Positions 25,898 to 35,885 of a stretch of 64,000 bases of DNA are shown here, piece by piece; the first letter of the stretch is position 1; each line of letters opens with the position of its first letter. The translations under genes and the position numbers were made by a program. Where the stretch lies: contig CBDDPY010000002.1 in assembly GCA_965232515.1 (NCBI GenBank), positions 4,544,001 to 4,608,000 on the forward strand, in the 5' to 3' direction. Below the pieces are notes generated by a model, which had not been told where the DNA came from, ran no database searches, and was given only the letters and a program-made list of their open reading frames with translations. The DNA is from Alphaproteobacteria bacterium. GTDB taxonomy: Bacteria; Pseudomonadota; Alphaproteobacteria; GCA-2731375.

Positions 25898-27115
25898 TCA
25901 GTTTTCGTGACGCTTGAACACCAATGTCGCATTCGTTCCCCCAAATCCGAAACTGTTGGACATCACGTGTTTGAGACCGGCGTTGTCGCGGCGTTCCAGC
26001 ACGATCGGCGAGTTGGCGAATTCCGGATCCAGATTCTCGACATTGGCCGACGCCGCGATGAAGTCATGCTCCAGCATCAGCAGCGTATAAATCGCCTCAT
26101 GCACCCCTGCCGCGCCCTGACTGTGGCCGGTCAATGACTTGGTCGAGCTGATTGGCGGCACGTCGTTGCCGAAAGCCTGGTGGATGGCGTCGGTCTCTCG
26201 GATATCGCCGATCGGCGTGCTGGTGCCGTGCGCATTGATGTAATCGATGCGTCCGTCGACGTCGGTCAAGGCCTGACGCATGCAACGCACCGCCCCCTCG
26301 CCTGACGGCTGGACCATGTCGAGGCCGTCCGAGGTCGCGCCATAGCCGACCAATTCACCGTAGATCTTGGCGCCGCGCGCCAGAGCGTGTTCCAATTCCT
26401 CCAGCACGACGACGCCGCCGCCGCCCGAGATCACGAAGCCGTCCCGGTCGACATCGTAGGCGCGCGAAGCTTTCGCCGGCGTGTCGTTGAACTTGGACGA
26501 CATGGCGCCCATGCCGTCAAACAGCACGGACAGCGTCCAGTCCAACTCCTCGCCGCCGCCGGCAAAGACAATGTCCTGTCGGTTGAGTCGGATCAGGTCC
26601 GCGCCCTGACCGATACAATGGGCGCTGGTGGCGCACGCGGCGCTGATCGAGTAGGAGACGCCTTTGATCTTGAATTCGGTGGAGAGGCAGGCCGAGTTCG
26701 TGCTCGACATGCAGCGCGGCACCATATAGGGGCCGACGCGCTTCGGCCCCTTCTCCCGCGCCGTATCTGCGGCCAGGACCTGATTCTTGGTGGACGGCCC
26801 GCCGGAGCCCATGATCAGGCCGGTGCGCTCATTCGAAATCAGGCTTTCGTCCAGCCCGGCGTCGGCGATCGCTTCCTGCATCGACAGGTAGTTGTAGGCA
26901 GCGCCATCGCCCATGAAGCGTTTGACCTTGCGGTCGATGGCCGCGTCCAGATCGACTTTCAGCGTGCCGTGCACATGGCAGCGAAAGCCCATGTCGCGGT
27001 ACACCTCGGCGAACTCGATGCCCGACCGGCCCTCGCGCAACGCCTGCAGGACTTCGTCCTTGTTGTTGCCGATGCTGGAAACGATGCCAAGGCCCGTAAC
27101 GACGATGCGACGCAT
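25898..27115 (-). CDS. fabB: Beta-ketoacyl-ACP synthase I
   Basis: SAACATS, NAHGTST, GHSQGA and NSFGFGG motifs; in the fabA-fabB-fabI cluster. Confidence 0.95.
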   Translation of the reverse strand: MRRIVVTGLGIVSSIGNNKDEVLQALREGRSGIEFAEVYRDMGFRCHVHGTLKVDLDAAIDRKVKRFMGDGAAYNYLSMQEAIADAGLDESLISNERTGLIMGSGGPSTKNQVLAADTAREKGPKRVGPYMVPRCMSSTNSACLSTEFKIKGVSYSISAACATSAHCIGQGADLIRLNRQDIVFAGGGEELDWTLSVLFDGMGAMSSKFNDTPAKASRAYDVDRDGFVISGGGGVVVLEELEHALARGAKIYGELVGYGATSDGLDMVQPSGEGAVRCMRQALTDVDGRIDYINAHGTSTPIGDIRETDAIHQAFGNDVPPISSTKSLTGHSQGAAGVHEAIYTLLMLEHDFIAASANVENLDPEFANSPIVLERRDNAGLKHVMSNSFGFGGTNATLVFKRHEN

Positions 27116-27124
27116 ATGCTGTTC

Positions 27125-27652
27125 CTATCCCGACGCGGTCTCGGCAAACAGCCCGACTCGAAGATCCTGCACTTCACAGGCCGTCTCGCCGTCGGCTTTC
27201 ACGACGCCATCGGCGATGCCCATGACGAGTCTGCGGTTGATCACCCGTTTGACGTCAATGTTGAAGGTGACCTTTTTCACCGTGGGCAGGATCTGGCTCG
27301 AGAGCCGGACCGAACCGGTGCTGATCGCGCGGCCTTTACCCGGGAGGCCGAGCCAACCGAGAAAGAACCCGACCAATTGCCACATCGCATCGAGACCAAG
27401 ACAGCCTGGCATCACCGGATCGGATTCGAAATGGCAATCGAAAAACCAAAGATCCGGCCGGATATCCAGTTCGGCCACCAGCTCGCCTTTGCCGTAGCTG
27501 CCGCCGGTGTCGGCGATCCGCAGAATGCGGTCGACCATCAGCATCGGTGGCAGGGGCAGACGCGCGTTGCCGGGCCCGAACAGCAGTCCGTGCGCGCAGG
27601 CAATCAGGTCCTCGTACGTATAGCTCGATTTCGGCGTAAAGACGTTCGTCAC
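27125..27652 (-). CDS. fabA: 3-hydroxyacyl-ACP dehydratase/isomerase FabA
   Basis: [12 protein letters not shown] and [16 protein letters not shown] motifs; probable GTG start at 27652. Confidence 0.93.
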   Translation of the reverse strand: MTNVFTPKSSYTYEDLIACAHGLLFGPGNARLPLPPMLMVDRILRIADTGGSYGKGELVAELDIRPDLWFFDCHFESDPVMPGCLGLDAMWQLVGFFLGWLGLPGKGRAISTGSVRLSSQILPTVKKVTFNIDVKRVINRRLVMGIADGVVKADGETACEVQDLRVGLFAETASG

Positions 27653-27930
27653 AGTATGTCTTCGGAAGTGTAATTCAGCGTTGTCGATCGGCAGTCGCAA
27701 TCCAGGCGATGCTGCAATTCAAGGCGCGCGACTATAACCCAAATGGGACACATCACAAATGCCAGCGTTGTGATGCTGAAAAAATGTCAAGCATTGCCTT
27801 GATCGACAAGGATTTTTCGCCGAGCGAAGGAAATTCCTGTCTTCGGAGGGTTAGACACCTGTTTGAAACGACTATAAAGAACCCTATATTTCCCCCATGA
27901 TGTTGGCGTTCGACCGTTAGGAATCTAGCC

Positions 27931-28347
27931 ATGCCGCATACGCGTCCATTTGCGGAAGTGTTAACCAAGCTTCGCGGTGTCGGGCTGCGCCCCACGCGGC
28001 AGCGGCTGGCGCTTGCCAAGTTGTTGTTTGATGGCAGCGACCGGCATGTGAGCGCCGAAACCCTGCATGACGAGGCCGCGGACGCCGGCGTCGCGGTCAG
28101 CCTGGCGACGGTCTATAACACCTTGCATCAATTCACCGAGGCGGGACTGCTGCGCGAGGTGGTCGTCGATTCGGGCCGGACGTATTTCGATACCAATACC
28201 AGCGAGCATCATCACTTCTTTTTCGAGGAAAACGGTGCGCTGCAGGATATTTCTGGCGACAGCATCGGCGTTGCGAATCTACCGCCGGCGCCGGAAGGGA
28301 CCGAAATCAGCAGCGTTGAAGTCGTGATCCGGCTGCGGAATCGCTGA
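27931..28347 (+). CDS. irr: Iron response regulator Irr (Fur family)
   Basis: GLRPTRQR, SLATVYNTLHQF and FDTNTSEHHHFF motifs; divergent from fabA as is typical in alphaproteobacteria. Confidence 0.92.
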   Translation: MPHTRPFAEVLTKLRGVGLRPTRQRLALAKLLFDGSDRHVSAETLHDEAADAGVAVSLATVYNTLHQFTEAGLLREVVVDSGRTYFDTNTSEHHHFFFEENGALQDISGDSIGVANLPPAPEGTEISSVEVVIRLRNR

Positions 28348-28387
28348 CCCGCAGACTCCTCCTGAAATTCAAGTCACTGAAAACACA

Positions 28388-28404
28388 CTTAGAATCGTTC
28401 TAAT
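28388..28404. promoter_or_regulatory. Iron control element (ICE; putative Irr operator)
   Basis: CTTAGAA-tcg-TTCTAAT matches the ICE consensus TTTAGAA-N3-TTCTAAA at 12 of 14 positions; adjacent to the rubrerythrin promoter. Confidence 0.8.
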
Positions 28405-28407
28405 GTG

Positions 28408-28436
28408 TTGACCCTGCTTGCCGACAGCGCTATATC
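28408..28436 (+). promoter_or_regulatory. Sigma70-like promoter of rubrerythrin operon
   Basis: TTGACC-N17-TATATC. Confidence 0.6.
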
Positions 28437-28591
28437 TCGGATTAGCGCGGTTGGTCGCAGGCGCGGAACCGTTGTACGCGCAGCCGTCCGGCCTGCCGCC
28501 GCGTGTCGTAAATCAGCAGCCGGCGCTTGTCGACGTCGCCCGACGTCGGCGCTGGCCGATGATCTGAAGTCGAGGAGGATGGAGAACCCAT

Positions 28592-29011
28592 ATGTCGCTC
28601 AAGGGCAGCAAAACCGAACAGAACCTGAAAGACGCATTCGCCGGCGAAAGCCAGGCCAACCGGCGGTATCTTTATTTCGCTCAAAAGGCCGATGTCGAAG
28701 GCTACAACGATGTCGCCGCCGTATTCCGCTCGACCGCCGAAGGCGAGACAGGCCATGCCCACGGCCATCTGGAGTATCTTGAAGAGGTTGGCGATCCGGC
28801 GACGGGCGAGCCGATCGGTTCTACCGGCTTGAACCTGAAGGCAGCCATCGCCGGCGAGACGCACGAATACACGGACATGTATCCGGGTATGGCGCGGACT
28901 GCTCGCGAGGAAGGCTTCGAGGAGATCGCCGACTGGTTCGAGACCCTGGCGAAGGCCGAGAAGAGCCACGCCGGTCGGTTCCAGAAAGCGTTCGACACGC
29001 TCGACGACTGA
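28592..29011 (+). CDS. Rubrerythrin (short aerobic-type, no rubredoxin domain)
   Basis: [24 protein letters not shown] and AEKSH diiron motifs; 139 aa. Confidence 0.93.
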   Translation: MSLKGSKTEQNLKDAFAGESQANRRYLYFAQKADVEGYNDVAAVFRSTAEGETGHAHGHLEYLEEVGDPATGEPIGSTGLNLKAAIAGETHEYTDMYPGMARTAREEGFEEIADWFETLAKAEKSHAGRFQKAFDTLDD

Positions 29012-29057
29012 TCGTTGTCCGCCGCTGGACCAAGGTTCGGCGGCGACCAGTCGATTT

Positions 29058-29088
29058 GGGAAGGGGCCCGGTCACCGTGCCCTTTCCC
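29058..29088 (+). other. Intercistronic stem-loop after rubrerythrin
   Basis: GGGAAGGGGC...GCCCTTTCCC inverted repeat. Confidence 0.5.
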
Positions 29089-29162
29089 TGCTCGTCCGAT
29101 GGTTGCGTTTACGCGGCCGTCGACGTCGGCATCTCGGCTTGCCGTTCTGAAAGAGGCAGGAA

Positions 29163-30506
29163 GTGAAAGAAGGCAGCACTGAAGCGCCGATCCGCCATCC
29201 GTTGGACTGGCAAAGCCCCGAATTTCTCGATCAGGAGAAAATAGAGGACGAGATGGAGCGGGTATTCGACATCTGCCATGGATGTCGGCGCTGCTTCAAT
29301 CTCTGCGACAGCTTTCCACGCCTGTTCGACCTGATCGACGAATCCGACACGGGCGAGCTGGATTCCGTCGATCGCAAGGACTACAAGCCGGTCGTGGACG
29401 CCTGCACGCTTTGCGACCTGTGCTTCATGACCAAGTGCCCTTACGTGCCGCCGCATGAATTCAACCTGGATTTTCCACACTTGATGTTGCGCTATCGGGC
29501 GGCCGAGCTGGCCAAGGGCGGCGTGCCGTTCACGCGCAAGCAGATGGCCGAGACGGATCGCAACGGTCGCATGGCGGGCATGATGTCGCCGGTCGCGAAC
29601 TGGGCCACGGCCGAGGGCAACGGGCTGACGCGGCCGCTGCTGGAGGCGACCGCCGGCATACATCGCGACGCCGCGTTGCCGAAGTTCCATGGCAACACCT
29701 TTGTCAAGCAGGCCAAGGCCGCGCCGCCGCCGGTCAATGCCGGCGCGCCCGCGCATGGACGCAAGGCCGTGCTCTACGCCACCTGCTTCGCCAACTACAA
29801 CGATCCGGACATTGGCCGCGCCGCCCAGGCGGTGCTGTCCCGCAACGGTGTCGAGACCGAGGTCGTCTACCCCTCGTGCTGCGGCATGCCGATGTGGGAG
29901 CAGGGCAATATTGCGCAGGTGGCCGAAAACGCCCGCAAGGTGGCCGCCGAGATGCAACCGTGGCTGGATAAGGGCTACGACATCATTGCTCTGGTGCCGT
30001 CGTGCGCGCTGATGCTGAAATTCGAGTGGCCGCTGGCGCTGCCGGACGATGCCGAGGTAAAGCGGCTGTCCGAGCAGACCTTCGATATCTCCGAGTACAT
30101 CGTCGATATCGCCCGCAAGGAGGGGTTGGCCGACGGCCTCAGTCCGCTGCAAGGCGGCGTGATGCTGCACTTCGCTTGCCATGCCCGGGCCCAGAACATG
30201 GGGCCGAAGGGCGCCGATATGTTGCGGCTGATCCCTGACACCGAGATCGGCGTGATCGAGCGCTGCTCGGGCCATGGCGGCGCCATGGGTGTGATGAAGG
30301 ATTTCTTCGAGACCGGACTCAAGGTTGGCAAGCCGGTAGCGCGGCAGGCGCGCAAGTCCGGCAAGGCGCATGTGGTTTCCGAATGCCCGCTCGCCAGCGA
30401 CCATATCCGCCAGGGCATGGAGCGCGTGGACGGTGAGGGCGAAGCGCCGAAAACCGTGGCGCATCCGATCCTGCTGTTCGCCCGCGCCTACGGCGTCAGC
30501 TTGTAA
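29163..30506 (+). CDS. Rubrerythrin-associated Fe-S oxidoreductase (GlpC/HdrD-like, CCG domains)
   Basis: [11 protein letters not shown] and CTLCDLC...CP ferredoxin motifs; SCCG and CSGH motifs. Confidence 0.88.
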   Translation: MKEGSTEAPIRHPLDWQSPEFLDQEKIEDEMERVFDICHGCRRCFNLCDSFPRLFDLIDESDTGELDSVDRKDYKPVVDACTLCDLCFMTKCPYVPPHEFNLDFPHLMLRYRAAELAKGGVPFTRKQMAETDRNGRMAGMMSPVANWATAEGNGLTRPLLEATAGIHRDAALPKFHGNTFVKQAKAAPPPVNAGAPAHGRKAVLYATCFANYNDPDIGRAAQAVLSRNGVETEVVYPSCCGMPMWEQGNIAQVAENARKVAAEMQPWLDKGYDIIALVPSCALMLKFEWPLALPDDAEVKRLSEQTFDISEYIVDIARKEGLADGLSPLQGGVMLHFACHARAQNMGPKGADMLRLIPDTEIGVIERCSGHGGAMGVMKDFFETGLKVGKPVARQARKSGKAHVVSECPLASDHIRQGMERVDGEGEAPKTVAHPILLFARAYGVSL

Positions 30507-30529
30507 GTCTTCGAATCCGAGGTATCCAG

Positions 30530-31126
30530 ATGATGGCAAAGCACGAGATCACCAGCGCCGACATCATGCCGATCGTCGAGTACGGCAAGATCCGGCGGGC
30601 GCACCGGCAGGAGCTGATCGCGCGCAAGAAACACCGCCGGCTCGAGGTCGGTCCATTGGCGACCTTCTATTTCGAGAACTACGACACCATGTGGTCGCAG
30701 ATCCACGAGATGCTGTGGATCGAAAAGGGCGGCGAAGAACAGGTCGCCGACGAGTTGGACGCATACAATCCGTTGATTCCGAAGGGCCGCGAACTGGTTG
30801 CGACGATGATGTTCGAAATCGACGACCCGCGGCGGCGCGCGCAGGTGCTGTCCCGGCTCGGGCAGGTCGAGGAAACCGTGACCCTGCGCATCGGCGGCGA
30901 GACCGTGGCGGCGCTGCCGGATTTGCAGGACGGCGTCGAGCGCACGACGTCGGACGGCAAGACGTCGTCCATCCACTTTCTGCACTTCCCATTCACGGAT
31001 GCGCAGGCGGCGAAGTTCCGGGACGCCGACACCGAGGTTATCCTCGGCGTCGGGCACGAGAACTATGCCCATATGGCGGTCATGCCCAAGGCCATGCGCG
31101 CCGAGCTGTCGAAAGATCTCGACTAG
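30530..31126 (+). CDS. DUF3501 family protein
   Basis: FEN..T...QI.EML.IE, YNPLIP and K.SS.HFL.F motifs; typical third gene of aerobic rubrerythrin clusters. Confidence 0.85.
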   Translation: MMAKHEITSADIMPIVEYGKIRRAHRQELIARKKHRRLEVGPLATFYFENYDTMWSQIHEMLWIEKGGEEQVADELDAYNPLIPKGRELVATMMFEIDDPRRRAQVLSRLGQVEETVTLRIGGETVAALPDLQDGVERTTSDGKTSSIHFLHFPFTDAQAAKFRDADTEVILGVGHENYAHMAVMPKAMRAELSKDLD

Positions 31127-31195
31127 CCATCTGCTTGGCAGGGTCGAAACGGATTTGTAGGCTCAGGGAATTGATTTACCGATCAGAGATAGCCC

Positions 31196-31510
31196 TTGGG
31201 CCGCATCGTCATTGCCTGCTACCGGCCGAAACCCGGCCATGAAGCCGACCTGGCGCGGCTGGTCGACGGTCATGTCGATATGCTCCGCTCGCTGGGTCTG
31301 GTGACGGACCGCGCGCCCGTGGCGATGCAGGCTGACGACGGCACGATCGTCGAGGTCTTCGAGTGGGCGTCGGCCAAGGCGATCGAGCAGGCGCATGCCG
31401 ACCCGGCGGTGCAACAGCTCTGGACCGAGTTCGCCGCCGTTTGCGACTATGTGCCGATCGCTGGCGTCGCGGAGGCCAAGAACCTGTTTTCCGAATTCAC
31501 GCCGCTCTGA
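31196..31510 (+). CDS. Hypothetical protein (possible dimeric alpha/beta-barrel, ABM-like)
   Basis: 104 aa with YRPKPG, EVFEW.S and AH..P.V..LW pattern; TTG start. Confidence 0.65.
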   Translation: MGRIVIACYRPKPGHEADLARLVDGHVDMLRSLGLVTDRAPVAMQADDGTIVEVFEWASAKAIEQAHADPAVQQLWTEFAAVCDYVPIAGVAEAKNLFSEFTPL

Positions 31511-31519
31511 AGCTGGGCA

Positions 31520-32026
31520 CTAGTCGAAGATCTCGTCCGGCAAGATGCCGAAGATCTGCTGGCGCGCCAGCCAGCCCTCGCGGTCGGCGATTTCCAATTG
31601 GCACCATTTTTCCTGGCAGGCCAGCAGCCGGCCGACCACGCCCTGCTCGGCCCGCAGCACCGGCGCGGCGCTGTTCTCGGGCGCGCGGCGCAGCGTGGCC
31701 AGGTCGTCGGTGATGACGGCCGCGCGGCGATTCGACAGCAGGTTCTTGTGCACCCAGCCCTCGGCGCCGTCGAGGTCGCGCACCTTGCGCCAGTATTCGA
31801 ACTCGGCCGTCACCATCACCGGCAGGCCCTTGCGCACGAACACCCAGGTCACGGGATAGTTCTTGCCGGGCCCGGCGCGCAGATTGACTTCCTTCGCCGC
31901 CAGGCTGACGAAGCGCGGGATCGGCAGGCCGCTCGATCCTTTCTGGGCGTACGCGACGGGCGTGGCGCCGAGGAACGCCAGGGACAAAACTGCGGCAAGA
32001 ACGTGACGAATCGGACGCGCGCTCAC
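31520..32026 (-). CDS. Secreted SH3-domain protein (two bacterial SH3-like repeats)
   Basis: Signal peptide, then PRFVSL..VNLRAGPG..YP and WRKVRD..G.EGWV motifs; start at 32026 or 32071. Confidence 0.85.
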   Translation of the reverse strand: MSARPIRHVLAAVLSLAFLGATPVAYAQKGSSGLPIPRFVSLAAKEVNLRAGPGKNYPVTWVFVRKGLPVMVTAEFEYWRKVRDLDGAEGWVHKNLLSNRRAAVITDDLATLRRAPENSAAPVLRAEQGVVGRLLACQEKWCQLEIADREGWLARQQIFGILPDEIFD

Positions 32027-32156
32027 GGCGATCCTTATGCAGTCGCCGCCTCGGCCGGTCAAGAAGGCCATCGCGCGTTCGATTGTCGCTGTCGGACATC
32101 TCTGCTACAGACTAGAGCAATGCTCATTAGAGCCGCCGCCGCCGGGAAACGCCGTC

Positions 32157-33152
32157 ATGCCGCATAACAAGCCGTTGGTCATCGTCACGCGGAAGCTGCC
32201 CGATCCGACGGAAACGCGGATGATGGAGCTGTTCGATACCCGGCTGAACGTGGACGATTCGCCCATGGATCGGGAGGCGCTGATCGAGGCGGTGAAGATC
32301 GCCGACGTGCTGGTGCCGACCGTCACCGACCATATCGACGCCGAGATCCTGACTGCGGCCAGTCCCCGGCTGCGGCTGATCGCCAGCTTCGGCACCGGCG
32401 TCGACCATATCGACCTTGCGGTCGCCCGCGACCGCGGCATCGTCGTCACCAACACGCCGGGCGTGCTGACCGAGGACACGGCCGACATGACCATGGCCTT
32501 GATCCTGGCCGTGCCGCGCCGCCTGACCGAGGGCGAGCGCCTGATGCGGGCCGGCGGCTGGACCGGATGGTCGCCGACCGGCATGCTCGGCCACCGGATC
32601 TGGGGCAAGCGGCTCGGCATCATCGGCATGGGCCGGATCGGCAGCGCGGTCGCCAAGCGGGCGCGGGCCTGCGGCCTGTCGATCCACTACCACAACCGGC
32701 ATCCGGTCGCTGAAGCGCTGGAGGACGAGCTCGAGGCGACTTATTGGGAGAGCCTCGACCAGATGCTGGCGCATATGGACATCGTCTCGGTGAACTGCCC
32801 GCACACGCCGGCGACCTATCACCTGCTGTCGGCGCGGCGGCTCAAGCTGCTGCAGCCGCATGCCGTCATCGTCAACACCTCGCGCGGCGAGGTCATCGAC
32901 GAGACGGCGCTGGTCGAGATGCTGACGCGTCAGGAGATCGCCGGCGCCGGCCTCGACGTCTACGAGCACGAGCCCGCTGTGAACCCCAAGCTGCGCCAGC
33001 TCGACAACGTCGTGCTGCTGCCGCACATGGGCAGCGCCACGATCGAAGGCCGCATTGCCATGGGCGAGCGGGTGCTGATCAACATCAAGACCTTCGTCGA
33101 CGGTCACCGCCCGCCCGACCGCGTCATCGACGAGGCCGCGTTGACGCCATAA
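32157..33152 (+). CDS. D-2-hydroxyacid dehydrogenase (glyoxylate reductase/D-glycerate dehydrogenase)
   Basis: VTNTPGVLTEDTAD, GMGRIG, NTSRG, DVYEHEP and LPHMGS motifs. Confidence 0.92.
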   Translation: MPHNKPLVIVTRKLPDPTETRMMELFDTRLNVDDSPMDREALIEAVKIADVLVPTVTDHIDAEILTAASPRLRLIASFGTGVDHIDLAVARDRGIVVTNTPGVLTEDTADMTMALILAVPRRLTEGERLMRAGGWTGWSPTGMLGHRIWGKRLGIIGMGRIGSAVAKRARACGLSIHYHNRHPVAEALEDELEATYWESLDQMLAHMDIVSVNCPHTPATYHLLSARRLKLLQPHAVIVNTSRGEVIDETALVEMLTRQEIAGAGLDVYEHEPAVNPKLRQLDNVVLLPHMGSATIEGRIAMGERVLINIKTFVDGHRPPDRVIDEAALTP

Positions 33153-33157
33153 GGGCT

Positions 33158-33952
33158 CTACGCAGCGTGTGAGGTGAGATCGCGGATTGTCGGCTGATCG
33201 CCGCAGAGCCGGCAAGCCGGGTCTCGTTTTACTTTCACTTTGCGCCATTCGGCGGCCAAGCCGTCGTAGATCAACAGTCGGCCGCTCATGCTGTCGCCGA
33301 TGCCCAGCAGTTCCTTGATGACCTCAGTGGCCTGCAGCGAGCCCATGACGCCGGCCATGGCGCCCAGCACGCCGCCCTCGGCGCAGGACGGCACCATGTG
33401 CGGCGGCGGCGGTTCGGGGAAAATGCAGCGGTAGCAGGGCTTGTCGCCGGACTCGTAGGCCCGGAAGGTCGAGAGCTGGCCGTCGAAGCGCAGCACCGCC
33501 GCCGAGACCAGCGGCTTGCGCGCGAGGTAGCAGGCGTCGTTCAGCAGGAACCGCGTGTCGAAATTGTCGGTGCCGTCGGCCACCAGGTCATAGTCCGCGA
33601 TCAGGTCCATGACGTTGTCGGCGGTCAGGCGTTCGGGATGCGGCCGCAGCCGCGCGTCGGGGTTCAATGCGGCGACCGTCGCGCCGGCGCTCTCGACCTT
33701 GGGCTGGCCGACCCGGTCGGTCGTGTGCGCGATCTGCCGCTGCAGGTTCGACAGCGACACCACATCGTCGTCGACCACGCCGATCGTGCCGACGCCTGCC
33801 GCGGCCAGATACATGATCAGCGGCGAGCCCAGCCCGCCCGCGCCCACGACCAAGACCTTCGACTGCAACAGCTTGACCTGCCCGATCCCGCCGACGTCGT
33901 GCAGGATGATGTGCCGGGCGTAGCGCTCGATCTGCGGTTCGGTCAGGTCCAT
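33158..33952 (-). CDS. moeB: MoeB/ThiF family adenylyltransferase
   Basis: RYARH, GAGGLG, SNLQRQ, DGTDNF, CYRC and CRLC motifs; no rhodanese domain. Confidence 0.88.
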   Translation of the reverse strand: MDLTEPQIERYARHIILHDVGGIGQVKLLQSKVLVVGAGGLGSPLIMYLAAAGVGTIGVVDDDVVSLSNLQRQIAHTTDRVGQPKVESAGATVAALNPDARLRPHPERLTADNVMDLIADYDLVADGTDNFDTRFLLNDACYLARKPLVSAAVLRFDGQLSTFRAYESGDKPCYRCIFPEPPPPHMVPSCAEGGVLGAMAGVMGSLQATEVIKELLGIGDSMSGRLLIYDGLAAEWRKVKVKRDPACRLCGDQPTIRDLTSHAA

Positions 33953-33960
33953 GGCGGCCG

Positions 33961-34938
33961 TCAGCTGGAGCCGCCTTGGTCGAACAAGGCCGTCGACAGA
34001 TAGCGTTCGGCGAACGACGGTACGATCGCCACGATCAGCTTGCCGGCATTCTCGGGCCGGGCGCCGACCTCGGCGGCGGCGGCGAGCGCCGCGCCCGAGG
34101 AGATGCCGACCGGCAGACCTTCCAATCGGGCGACGTTTCGCGCGGTCTCGAATGCCGTCTCGTTGCCGATGGTGATGACTTCGTCAATGATCTCCCGGTT
34201 CACGATCTCCGGTACGAAGCCGGCGCCGATACCCTGGATCTTATGCGGCCCCGGCGTACCGCCTGTCAGCACCGGGCTGTCCTCCGGCTCCACGGCGACC
34301 ATTTTCAGGTCCGGATTGCGGGACTTCAGCACCTCGCCGACGCCGGTGATGGTACCGCCGGTCCCGACGCCGGAGACCACGATATCGACCCGGCCGTCGG
34401 TATCGTTCCAGATTTCCTCGGCCGTGGTCGCGCGGTGGATCGCCGGGTTGGCCGGGTTTTGGAACTGCTGCGGCATTGCGGCGTCGGGCAGCTCGGCCAG
34501 CAACTCCTCGGCCCGGGCGATCGCGCCCTTCATGCCCTTCTCGGCCGGCGTCAGCTCCAGTTCGGCGCCGAGCAGTGCCAGCATCTTGCGCCGCTCGACG
34601 GACATGCTTTCCGGCATCGTCAGGATCAGCCGGTAGCCCTTGGCGGCGGCGACGAACGCCAGCGCGATGCCGGTGTTGCCGGAGGTCGGCTCGACCAGCA
34701 CGGTCTGCGGCCCGATATGGCCGTCGCGTTCCATGGCCTCGATCATCGCGACCCCGATCCGATCCTTCACCGAGGCCAGCGGATTGAAGAATTCCAGCTT
34801 GCCGGCGATCTCGGCCAGCGCGCCGCTCTTGTCGGCGAAGCGGCTGAGCCGGACCAGCGGCGTATCGCCGATGGTGTCGACGATAGATTCGTAAATTCGC
34901 CCGCGTCCCGCCGTTTGTCGTGCCTTGGTTCCGCTCAT
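33961..34938 (-). CDS. cysK: Cysteine synthase A
   Basis: NPLASVKDR (PLP lysine), [13 protein letters not shown] and GPHKIQGIG motifs. Confidence 0.95.
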   Translation of the reverse strand: MSGTKARQTAGRGRIYESIVDTIGDTPLVRLSRFADKSGALAEIAGKLEFFNPLASVKDRIGVAMIEAMERDGHIGPQTVLVEPTSGNTGIALAFVAAAKGYRLILTMPESMSVERRKMLALLGAELELTPAEKGMKGAIARAEELLAELPDAAMPQQFQNPANPAIHRATTAEEIWNDTDGRVDIVVSGVGTGGTITGVGEVLKSRNPDLKMVAVEPEDSPVLTGGTPGPHKIQGIGAGFVPEIVNREIIDEVITIGNETAFETARNVARLEGLPVGISSGAALAAAAEVGARPENAGKLIVAIVPSFAERYLSTALFDQGGSS

Positions 34939-34965
34939 GTCGTTCCCGCCCGTTCCGTTCGCGCG

Positions 34966-35427
34966 TCAGATCGCAAAATCGGCATGCTCACGCGTCGCCG
35001 CCGGTATGCCGACGGCGTTGGCGCGCTGGCACAGATCCTCGATGGTGATCGCTTCCAGCCGCGCCGTCAGCTCGGCCTGCAGCTCGCCCAGCAGGGGTCG
35101 TACGACCTGATGGCCCAGTGCCGAGCCGCAGTCCGCGTCGGTGCCCTCGCCGGTGTCGTTCGTGTCGGTCTCCGCCACCACCCGCACCACGTCGGCGACG
35201 GTGATCCGGCGCCGCTCGCGGGCCAGACGATAGCCGCCGCGCGGGCCGCGCACGCCGCGCAGGATGCCGGCGCGCACCAGTTGCTGCATGACCTGCTCCA
35301 GATAGCGCTGCGGAATGCCCTGCCGTTCGGTGATCTCTTTCGATTGCACGGGATCGGGCCGCGCGTTGTAGGCGATGTCGACCACCGCCTCCAGCGCGTA
35401 GAGTGTCTTGCGTGACAGTTGCAGCAT
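34966..35427 (-). CDS. Rrf2 family transcriptional regulator (CymR-like)
   Basis: YLEQ..Q.L and GVRGPRGGYRLAR wHTH motifs; no IscR three-Cys motif; directly upstream of cysK. Confidence 0.88.
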   Translation of the reverse strand: MLQLSRKTLYALEAVVDIAYNARPDPVQSKEITERQGIPQRYLEQVMQQLVRAGILRGVRGPRGGYRLARERRRITVADVVRVVAETDTNDTGEGTDADCGSALGHQVVRPLLGELQAELTARLEAITIEDLCQRANAVGIPAATREHADFAI

Positions 35428-35432
35428 CGCCG

Positions 35433-35885
35433 CTAGCTGCCTGTCGAGCCGTAGCCGCCGGCGCCGCGCGTGCTGTCGGGCAGTGCCTCGACCTCACGCC
35501 ACGCCGCCCGCGTGAACGCGGCGATGACCAGTTGCGCGATACGCTGCCCGCGCTCGATCGCCACCGGCTCGCGCCCGTGATTGATCAGCACGACGCCGAT
35601 CTCGCCGCGATAATCGGCATCGACGGTGCCGGGGCTGTTCAGGACCGTCAGGCCGTGCTTCAGCGCCATCCCCGAGCGCGGTCGGACCTGCGCTTCATAG
35701 CCGTCGGGCAGCGCGATGCTGATCCCGGTCGGGATCAATTGCCGGTCGCCGGCGCCCAGCCGGACTGTATCGTCAACGGCCGCGACCAGGTCCATGCCGG
35801 CGCTGCCGGGCGTGGCGTAGGCCGGCAGATCCAGATCGCGCCCATGCGGCAGCCGGCGGATCGCAATCTCAACTAATGCCGTCAT
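35433..35885 (-). CDS. dut: dUTP diphosphatase
   Basis: [23 protein letters not shown] and [10 protein letters not shown] motifs. Confidence 0.96.
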   Translation of the reverse strand: MTALVEIAIRRLPHGRDLDLPAYATPGSAGMDLVAAVDDTVRLGAGDRQLIPTGISIALPDGYEAQVRPRSGMALKHGLTVLNSPGTVDADYRGEIGVVLINHGREPVAIERGQRIAQLVIAAFTRAAWREVEALPDSTRGAGGYGSTGS

